Of a stretch of DNA of 64,000 bases, positions 10,670 through 20,675 are shown in pieces. The notes beneath the pieces were generated by a model. It made no database searches, was not told where the DNA came from, and was given only the letters and a program-made list of their open reading frames with translations. The position numbers and the translations under genes are program-made. Position 1 is the stretch's first letter. Every line of letters starts with the position of its first letter. Source of the stretch: Vermamoeba vermiformis (lineage: Eukaryota); the NCBI GenBank assembly GCA_045837725.1, contig JBEWZL010000236.1, positions 62,001 through 126,000 on the forward strand. The letters are read 5' to 3'.

Positions 10670-12523
10670 ATGGAGTTTGAAAGTGCCGGAAACGGCGAAC
10701 CATTCGACAATTTTTTGTTAGATGCAGAAAACGCTAACCTCAGTCACGAAGAAATAACAACCTCACCAGAAAATAATTATACAAATGCATATTCTGAATC
10801 AAATTCAAATTATTTCAGTTCGGATCTGGATTCTGGCAGCCCGAACGCGGATGATGGAAATTTGCTCCACGTGACTTTGCGACACAAGCCCAAGCAAGTA
10901 CTTTAATTATGGCACTTAGTTTTCCTACCAAAATTGAAGAGTGCTAATTTGTAATTACTCGCGCTGATTTCTCTAAATTTAGACATGCGCGCGGTGAGTT
11001 TGAAACAATCGTTGCGGATCAAATGATCCGAGTCACTTCTGGACGAGGCAAACACATGCAATTGGTTGTCTCTAGCGGCGTCGAATGTGATTGGAAGACA
11101 TTTAAAGTGAGTTATGTCTCGGACATCGTCAGCCAGAGCGCGCAGGGCGACGACTTTGCGATCAAATTGGAAAAGATGTACGCCACTCAAATAGGACAGG
11201 GCAGCGGTATGTACTCGATAGAGAATTGGACCAATCAGAACTAACTTTCAATGAATCGCAGCACTCAAATACCAGCTCACAGCCGACATTCAATTGATTG
11301 CGCGCAGTAAAGTTAACAATCGCATGCACTTGTTAGTGGAGCTCGCGAGCATTGACGGCATGCTGCTTGATGCGCGCAGTGTCTCGTTCAAAACGAGTGA
11401 GAACAGCTCGTCAAAACGCGAACCACAGACGAAGAAGAGGAAGTTGAATGCGCAAGGAGACAGCGTGAGCATCAACACGACGAGTTCACCGACTGTGGTG
11501 GATGTCAGTCACATTCACAATGTGGAAAGCTTGGTGCCCCAGTCCACTTCCAACACTTACAATTATCAGTATTACAATCACAACAACATCAACATGGTGC
11601 CCGCGAACAGTGCTCAGGCAGTGGGCGATAATAACATGGCCATTGTCATGCCCTCGTCCTTAGATGTGCACGGTGTAGTGCGGGCACGAGGATTTTATCA
11701 GTTCTCAGATCTGCGGCTCAAAACCAATGTTGAAGAGATTGTGGACGCGCTGCAAATGATCACGCGACTGAATGGCGTGCGGTACCAGTGGCGACCGAAC
11801 ATACCTCAGACTGTAAGTCAGACTCGACAAAGTACCTTGTCTTCGTGTATTAATTGGACCACAGAACTATCGAGGGCCCGGTGAAAAAGTCATTGGACTC
11901 ATCGCGCAAGAAGTGCAGCGCGTGTTCCCCGAGCTCGTGCGACAAGAGCGCGATGGCTACCTGTCAGTCAATTACACCGATCTGATCCCTGTGATGATTG
12001 AGGCCATGAAAGAACTCGCGCGCAATCAGCAAGACACACAAGGTGAATTGCTGGCCCTGCGCATGACGATGGAAGATGTGGTCGTGCATCTCTCGGTCAC
12101 GAAGAAGGGCAAAGACTTTGAGGAAGAAGAGGAGCGCATGACACTAGCGCGCCTCAACAAGTACAAGCGAATGCGCGACCAAGTGACCTACGAGCTCAAA
12201 GAGAAGCAGCACGTGCTCGCCACGGTGGATCAGTTCACTGAACGGCTGAAACTGATCGAGTCGCAGACCACAGCGATTGAAGACACTGTTAAGAAAGGAG
12301 GTCGCAAACGATGCAATATGTCGCGCAGAATGTTTAGACTGTTGCTCGCGATCACTATAACTGTATCAGCGACTGTAGTAGTGGTCATTGGTAAGGCTCA
12401 ATTAGTATTTGTACTGGTGTCTGATTCACTGACAACTCTGTCGCAGTTTTATCGATAGTGTTGGGTAATACTATAGCAAAACAAAATCAAACTCCTTCGA
12501 CCCCAGTGTCAACTCCGTTTTGA
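10670..12523 (+). CDS. MYRF-like protein: unrecognised N-terminal domain + NLS + peptidase S74/ICA autocleavage domain + coiled coil + C-terminal TM helix (533 aa; exons 10670-10893, 10983-11206, 11262-11812, 11865-12390, 12447-12523)
   Basis: GFYQF-SDLRLK-TNV...LNGVRYQW...IGLIAQEVQRVFPELV...LSVNYTDLIPVMIEAMKEL is an S74 chaperone with the Ser/Lys dyad. Also KKRKL and TM LLLAITITVSATVVVVIVLSIVLG. Intron 1 requires a GC donor. Confidence 0.85.
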
Positions 12524-12602
12524 GCAATTTGTAAATAGTGCGATTTTATGTAAATAAAGAACACCAGATGTGAACGATTGTAAATCATGTCATCAATGTG
12601 CA

Positions 12603-15600
12603 ATGGATAATAGGGATAATGCGATTAGAAAAAGACAGAAACTAGCACATCCAACGGATAGGTAAGTTCTAGTCTCCTTGTTTATTCGCTTGATAAATTA
12701 AAAATAATTACTGATTAGTGGATTAGTCTGGAATTGAATGTTAGTGTATTGGAAAATTACTGAGTAAATTATTAAAAATACAGGGAGCCCCAAGCAAAAA
12801 CATTGTGCGATCTATTTGCGCAATCGTTCAAACTGTATCCCTCACGTGTGGCCATTGAATACGTAGAACACGACGCCAATGTACAACAAAGTAAGCATTA
12901 TTGAACCTCTCTCGCTAGATCTCACTCCTCCAGTTACCAGTACGTCCCTCACATACGCGCAGTTGATGAGTCACGTGCGCGACATTAGTGCCGCACTCAC
13001 GCAACAATACAACGTGCAGCGCGGTCACGTGATCGGTGTATTGGGCCCTGCCACGCCCGACACAGTAGCGGCACTGCTCGCAGTCATGTGCAGTGGCGCA
13101 GTGTACGCACCACTCGAGGTGAACAATTCTCGTGCTCCTGATCTGCAAATGACATGTGTCATCGGAACAACGGAACAATTGTCGCAAGCTGACCAGTTGA
13201 TTGGCAGCACACCACGCCTGACACTGCCTGTGACACGTGACAGCTCCAGCAATGACACGTCAGTGACGGGCGATATTAATGACGCGTATGTCATGTGGAC
13301 GAGTGGCACGACGAGCTCTAAGCCCACTCGCGTCACTGTCCCGCACTCGGCTGTGTTGCCTAATTTGGTATGTGAGTTCATGTACCCTCACTGCAAGTAC
13401 TGACGTGATGCAGCTCTCGTTGAGTGAGGCACTTCAAATAGATGGCGATACTAGGCCATTGAGAACTATATTGGTGGCACCAATCACCTTCGATCCATCG
13501 ATCATTGATCTATTTTTAGCTCTCGGCTATGGTGGCACAGTTGTCGTGCCCTATCCCGCTGTCAAATTGATTCCCAAGCTGTTCATCGACGCTGTGCACT
13601 CACATCACGTGACCACACTGCAATGTACGTGTCAGCTTGCTATTGGTCTGTCTAACAATATGCACAGGCACGCCTTCATTCATTCGTCGCATGCCACCTG
13701 ATCTTCGCGCAACATTGTTTTCAGTGTCGTCATTGCGTCACGTGATCTTGGGTGGCGAACAGTTCCCCACCGTCAGTGAACTCAAACAATGGCTGGTATG
13801 CGTCCCTTACTGATGTGATTGCCATTAACCTCTTGCCAGGGCACTGCAAACACGTCAGAGCTGCAAATATTCAACATATACGGCATCACCGAGGTCTCAG
13901 TCTGGGCCACACTCGAGCCAATCAATGTGCCTCGTCTGCTGTCGCGCAAGTCTGAGCAATACGTGCCACCCCTCGGCACTCCAATGCGCGACACACACCT
14001 CGCACTGCGCACCGATGACAATCAGCTTGTACCTCTAGCGCCGTACCTCCAACAGCGAGCACTCAAGCGCATGAACAGCCCTATTGTCGAGCACGTGACG
14101 CACGATCAAGTGCTCAGTGGTCAGCTCTTGATTGGCAGTCAGCGCAGACAATGTCGATTGAACGACGAGACTCAGCCGCAAGAGTGGCGCGAGACAGGTG
14201 ACGTGGTGCGTGTAGTGCGCGGCAAGGTGTATTATATGGGCCGAGCGCAGGACTGTTTGGTCAAAGTTAGCGGCAAAAGAATCAACTTGTTGGAGATCAG
14301 CAACACACTCGCGTCATGCGCTGAGGTCACTGAGGCTGTGTAGGTGCCTTCTGTTCTATATTTAGCAACACTAACACGCGCAGTGTCCTTGTACTGGACC
14401 AGAGTGGCCTGGTCTGCTTTGTGGTGTCACGTGTCACTGACGCTGTCACAGCTGTCAATCAATTCGCACGTCAACACCTGCCTCCCTTCATGCGTCCCAA
14501 TCACGTGATTGTACTCGAGACCATGCCCACCAACCTCAATGGCAAGATTGATAAGCACGCATTGCGCGACATATTCAGTGCGCGCGTGCACTTGTCGAGC
14601 ACTAGCACTACTGACGGCACTCAGCTCGTTGATGTTATGCTGCAGCTGTGGCGGAGTGCAGTGCCGGGACTCGAAGAGAAGAGTTATGAACACCTCAGGA
14701 CACAACACATTGTAGCTCTGGGTGCCTCGTCCATTGACGTGGTGGAGTGCGCGAACAAGTTGTGTGCACGACTAGGTGCGTAGTGAATGCAAGTGTGTCT
14801 GTCAACTGATGACTCAATCACTCACAGGATTTGACGCGCGAGTGAATGGTGCCGAGCTGAAACAACAGTAAGTGTGACACATGCACCTCATGATCTGACG
14901 AGTGAATAATTGTCATTGAACAGAGTGCACGACGCACTGCTGCATCACAAGTTTGACGAGGTGATTGAACTGCTGCTGACTCTCACAACGAACACGCCAA
15001 GTCCATCGAGTGTCGAGCACGGTGACATCTCGCCCCTCACTTCGTCGCTGCTTGGTACACCAGTGCGAGCAACGAGTCGATGCAACAATGTCGTGACATT
15101 CATGCCAGTCACTCAGCACTCACACCGCGCAGCAATCAATACAGGGCCCGGCACTCATGCAGCACTCAAGTGGAAGCAGTGGCTGATCAAGTGCGTAGAT
15201 GCTAGTCCACTGGTCATTGAGACCACGCAGCAGAAGTGTGTTGTGATTGGCTCGCACAGTGGTCACGTGACATGCATGGAATTGCAGTCGGGCGAGTTCA
15301 TATGGCGCACTCAACTGCCTGATCGTGTCGAGTCATCAGCTACGTTAATTAAAGTGCGAAGTCAGTTCTACATCTGCGTGGGTAAGTGTACTAATGAGCA
15401 CCAATACGGCTTGCTGACACATCGTAGGATGTTACGATCACTGCGTCTATTTTCTGGACGTCAGTCACGGCACTGTAACGTGGTCATATGACCTCCAAGG
15501 CCAAGTCAAATCCAGTGCTGCACAAGACCCGAGCACGGAACTGGTGTGGGTAAGTAGGCACTATTCTACCGCACTCTGCCTCGCATTGACCACGTCAGAT

Positions 15601-16376
15601 CGGAGCTCACAGCGGCACATTAGCTGTGCTGGATGTCGCGCAACAGCAGTGCGTTATGAGCCGTGTATTCGCTGCACCACTGTTCGCAGTGCCGTGTGTT
15701 GATGTCACGCGCCAACGAGTCTATGTCGCAGTGGAAGACAACTATCTGTACGCCTTCAACAGCACGCAACTCACATTGGACTGGAAGTTAAATGTATGCC
15801 CGTCTAACTTGCTCCCTTCGGCGTGTTTTTGACTCATATCGTACTTCTACAGCTGCAAGCACCACTGTTCTCATCGCCAGTTGTGACCTCTCGCGGCACA
15901 ATTGTCATAGGCGGAGTGAACAAGCTCATCACAGCTGTCAGTGTCGATGGCACAGTGCTCTGGCAGCACAAGACAGAGGGCCCTGTGTTCTCGAGTCCAG
16001 CACTGCTCACACATCTCGGTGTTGAGTGCGTGGCGTGTGGCTGTCACGATGGAAATATCTACTGCATAGACGTGAATGGGGCACTCAAATGGCAAAAACA
16101 CCTCGGTGACAAACCTATTTTTAGCTCAGCATTTGTTGGTACGTGAGAACTCGAGACGTGCAAGCATGACCCTCACCTTCAATAGGCAGCACTGATCAGA
16201 CTGCTGCCCTCGCAGTTGGCGCTACATCGGGTGAAATTAGCATCGTGAGTGCAGCAGGTGAGCTGTTGACACGTGTCAAGTGTCTAGGCGAAGTATTCTC
16301 ATCTCCAGTACTGGCTGAATCACTGCTCATAGTCGGATGTCGCGACGATAGCGTGTATTGCTTTGAATTCGAATAG
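12603..16376 (+). CDS. AASDH: AASDH/ACSF4-like NRPS-type enzyme (adenylation + carrier + PQQ-type propeller domains), many exons
   Basis: YVMWTSGTT, TFDPS, FNIYGITEVSVWAT, ETGD, VKVSGKRINL, NGKIDK, carrier LGASS, propeller KCVDASP..IGSHS..LPDRVESS, and C-terminal VGCRDD.VYCF. Confidence 0.9.
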
Positions 16377-16412
16377 TGGATTTATATTACAATATTAGCG
16401 ACAAAACAACAC

Positions 16413-18249
16413 TCACACAATCTGCGGAGTGCGCTCGTAGGACTTGGTGCGCGTCAAGCGATTCTTGAGCGGCAAGCCCATGACGAAGAACAGCGAGACC
16501 ATGCTCATGATGCCCACAAAGAAGACGACGTAGCTGCTAGTCATTACAGCTTGTTCAGTGTAGAGCGGTGCCAAAGTAAACAAGAATCGATTGCGCTCAT
16601 TGGTGAAGTCATTTGCAGCGTCAAATTCAGTGACGGTGATGTTCGTGGTGAGGGAGTGATAGCCTGGCGCACTGACCTCCACCGTGTATTCACCGGGCAT
16701 AATCAATCTGTGCGGGTGAATGAGAATGTGTTCGTCTTGTTCACTAGCGGACACGTTACCTGCGGAAATATCCCGCCGATCGGGCCCGAATGTTGTACAG
16801 TCCCGTGTTGGGCGCGAGAATGCGAATGAGGCCTTGAATGCCCTCGCCAGAGTCCTTGTCGACTATTTGGCCGTGCATGCCACTCGGACTGAGTGCGGTG
16901 AAGGCGAGCAGTGAGCGATTGTTCTCGCGCCACAGTTGGTCGAGTTCACTGGCATCGGGGAACTGCGCCATCGAGGCCTCAACAGTCACTTCAAAACAGC
17001 CTGCCCAAATGTAGTTCCACTGTGCGATACAGCGTTAGACACGTGTCAAACAGAGCACTGCACTTACATCTTGCATGCCGCCATTCAGCGGGTACCACGC
17101 CGCACCATTCGTCACGCCGTCTTTGAATCTGTGGCGCATGATGGCCGGGTTGTGTCGCGCGTACTCTTTGGCAATCACTTTGAACATGTCGTCATCAGGG
17201 GCCTGTCACGTGATTGGTCAGCACGTGATTTCAGTGAAATAATACACTCACCTTGGAGTACCTCGTGCGCATTTCAGGATTGCCGTCGAATGGATAATTG
17301 ACGACGAGATCGCCCTCGTGCATGTTGACACTCATCACAAAGGGGTACTGATGCGTGAATTCCATCAGTGCGCGAGTCTCTGGCTGACGGCGCGACAGAT
17401 CCTCTTTTGCATCCAAGAACTGATCTGGGAAGTTGCGATTGAGATCAATGCGGTTCTTATTGCCGCGCCATCCGAGAGCAAAACCATCGGGATTGAGTGT
17501 CGGCACGATGAATATGTGCGTGTGTTCGAGCAGTGCAGTGATGAGCGGATCTTTGCCGTGTTTCGTGAGCAACATGTCAGCGTAGCGCAGCAACAGTTCG
17601 CGACCACTAGGCTCATTGCCGTGCATATTTGCAACGAGCTTGACGTGAGGCTCGTGCTGCTCGTCTGTGCCCGCCTGAGCACTGATCTCCATCGCCATAA
17701 TGTCGACGTCACCTGCTGACTTGCCTGCGGGGGAGTGAGTGGATGTGCCAGTCACGTGTCACACTTACCGATGGAGAAGACACGCGTGAGTTGTGGATAG
17801 GTCGTGTGCAGTGCTTCAAGTGCCGCGTAGAGCTCGTCATTGCTCTTGTAGCCCTGTCGCATGGCATCGGTGATGTATTTAGCCTGCAATCATTGTCATC
17901 AGCACATTGCGGTTGGGTATGAGGTTGTTGAGAAATTATTGCAATAATTTTAGTAGCGGAATGGCGTAACTGGTGATTGATTATTGTATAGAATACATTA
18001 AGTAATTATTGTGATGGACACAAGTTTAAATTTGAAAAAAAAAATAATAATTAATTTTTAATAATGAGCGGTTATTATTACCTCTTCTAAATGATTCAAT
18101 GACGTTCGTTCAGATAAATATCGCTCTATTTTTACAGAATTGTGATTAACAGTTGCGGAATTATGCTCGTTTGTTAGCAAGTTAAGGTGCGGATCTGCTG
18201 ATCCGATTGCTACGAGAGCAAACAATAATAGTGTCGTTATTCTCTGCAT
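16413..18249 (-). CDS. M14B (CPD/CPM-like) zinc carboxypeptidase with signal peptide and C-terminal TM anchor
   Basis: Signal MQRITTLLLFALVAIGSA; NMHGNE; DLNRNFPD; NMHEG..VVNYPFD; catalytic TVEAS; transthyretin-like domain; TM YVVFFVGIMSMVSLFFVMGL. Confidence 0.9.
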
Positions 18250-18411
18250 TCGTGTACTGGTATAGTTTGAATTAAATAGGAGACATGGTACTCTTTTGCA
18301 CAGGCTCGGAATAATTAAGTTTTCAATTTCGAACCAATCAGCCGACACCGAACAGGACTGATTACAATTACAATAATTCTTGATCACCAAACATAAACAC
18401 AATAGCAGACG

Positions 18412-19177
18412 ATGCGACTGTCGCGCATTCTGCTCAACAAAGTTATTCGAGCGGTCAATGAAACAGATGTACTCGAAAGCAAAGATTGGGACAGCCACGA
18501 GCTGAGTGTATATGATCCCACCCCTCGCATCGTATGTACTAGCATATTCGTGGATCTGGACTGAATAAAAATCCAACAGGTAATTCAAAAAATGCTAAAA
18601 ATGGCTAATTTAAAGAAAAACGAAGTGCTGTATGATTTGTAAGCCTAGTTTAATATTTTAAAAAATATCTGACAAATTTGATGCTGACACGATGCTTAGT
18701 GGATGTGGTGACGGACGATGGTGCACTGTGGCCGCGAAGGAGTTCGGTGCCAAGTGAGTATCCATACACTACTATTCATTGAATTAATGTGCCCTGCGCA
18801 GAGCAGTCGGGATCGAGTTGAGCGATCGGCTAGTACACCTCGCACGTGAAGCAGTGACGCGCGAGCAAGTGAGTGACAAAGTGACAATTCTGCAGCAGAA
18901 CGGCTTCACAGTCGACTTGTCGCCCGCCAATGTCATCACGCTCTACTACCTGCGACGCGGGGTGGATCTGCTCAAGCCCAAATTAATGCGCGAACTGCGG
19001 CCAGGCACGCGTGTCATCAGCGTGAAATTTCCCGTGCCTGGCTGGAGACCAGTGCGACGCGTGAAGATGTTCGAGTACTTTGTGCACTTGTACAGCATGC
19101 CCCCACAACTGCTGAGTGCGAGTGAAGAGGCCGAACTGCTGCGCGAGTACCACGACCTGGACGATGTAGGCACGTGA
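18412..19177 (+). CDS. Class I SAM-dependent methyltransferase, archaeal aKMT/FAM173-like (4 exons)
   Basis: YDPTPRI/VIQKMLKMANLKKNEVLYDF/GCGDGRW..AAKEFGAK/AVGIEL...LKPKLMRELRPGTRVISVKFPVPGW. Confidence 0.82.
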
Positions 19178-19304
19178 TTGAATGGTCAGCAATGCGTGCT
19201 TGCAATGTACATAGCGTGAATAAACTGCGAGGGGTGTTATTTACAACTCATTTAATAGTTAGAAATGTGCATCTAATGACACGTGTCAAGCAGAGTGTTT
19301 TTAA

Positions 19305-20499
19305 TTAAGAGCTCTTAGTCCAGCGACCGAACCACACGCCGAACAAGAACAAGAGCGCGAGACCAATGTACAACATCTTGCCGGTCACTGGTGTCGCGTG
19401 ACTGGCACTTGAAGTCGCACCCTGGTCAGCGGTACTGCTCTCAGCACTGCCACCGACCTTGCGCTGACGTACTGTGAGAGCGATGAGTACGAGTCATATA
19501 GTGACTAGAGAGTACTTACAGCCTGATTCATTGTTGCGATACTTGTCCAGATCTGCTTTGAGACGATCAATTTCAAGGCGTTGCTTCTCAATTTCGAGCT
19601 TGTACTTGGCACGCGGGGACAATTGACCCTTGTTCGTCTCAGACACGGGCTGTACTTTGCCAGTGGCGAGAGGTGTCATTGGTGCGGGTGTTGGTTTGAC
19701 AGGCTCGGTGACAGGTGTAGAGGGCTGTTGCGGCACTGGTTGTGACACGACTGGGCTAGTGACACTGCTAGCTGCAGGATGATCCTTCTCGTGCTCTGAT
19801 GCGTCCTCGAATTCAGACTGATCGATAGTCTCGCGCGTGCTGTGCTCCTCAGCGGTCTCTTTGGCTGACAAGTAGCAGCGCAGCTTGTACTTGAGCACTT
19901 GGTCTTTCGGCACACGACTCCACTGCAGCCACGTTAATAAGCTAATTATGATAGTAAGGTTCGCGTACCAAGGTCTTAAGATCGGCTGTTGTATCAGTCA
20001 CGGGAATGCATTGGATTTGGAATTTGTCGGCTACTTTCGGATTGGCTGGCGGATCTTTTGTAAAATTGAGAGTGACTATAAAAATAAGATATTAATGATT
20101 ATTCTTTAGCTTCATATCAGAATTCAGAGGGAGAGTGAAATTTAGCAACTTAAAAATATTTTCAAAAATTATAATTCAGCCGGAAATTTGCTTCAAGTAA
20201 ATATTAATCTCTTATGATATGATATAATCATAGGTGTATTAATTACTTGTGACTTCTACGCTTTCGTTTGGCGAAATCGTTCCGGTGTTGGGTTTGACAC
20301 AATAGCGCTTGGGGGCAGTTGTTTTAACCTTATATGAAAGTGCTTCGGTACTTGTATTTGTCAATTTAATTGAATTATTAATCGGCTTGGTGAACGGGGC
20401 TGTAGAACCATTAGTTAGTCGCATTCAGAAGATTGACTAAGTCAACATACGCAAGAAGACCAAGTCCGCTGGTGATATCTTTAATGCCTTAGGATCCAT
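19305..20499 (-). CDS. VAP: VAMP-associated protein (MSP domain, coiled coil, C-terminal TM)
   Basis: YKVKTTAPKRYCVKPN MSP signature, DKFQIQ, and a C-terminal hydrophobic tail anchor. Confidence 0.93.
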
Positions 20500-20675
20500 C
20501 GATGGTGATGTGTGGTGATCAGGAGTCAATTTATTGTATTTATTATTTTTCAGTCCAATCAATTCCATTTTGTGCTCACGTCACACATTGTAATTAAATC
20601 ATGGCTGCTACAATGAGTGTTTATTGCAAGTATAATACAAGGAACTAAAACAAGATCAACCAACTACTTTTGCGG

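Noticed and set aside
11690-12030. Prophage or phage tail-fibre gene suggested by the S74 domain
   Set aside because: The domain is interrupted by a spliceosomal intron, fused to an NLS and TM helix, and has no viral neighbours.
12603-19177. Secondary-metabolite gene cluster (NRPS-like + peptidase + methyltransferase)
   Set aside because: AASDH is a widespread stand-alone gene without a condensation domain. Its neighbours look like a secretory-pathway carboxypeptidase and a protein methyltransferase.
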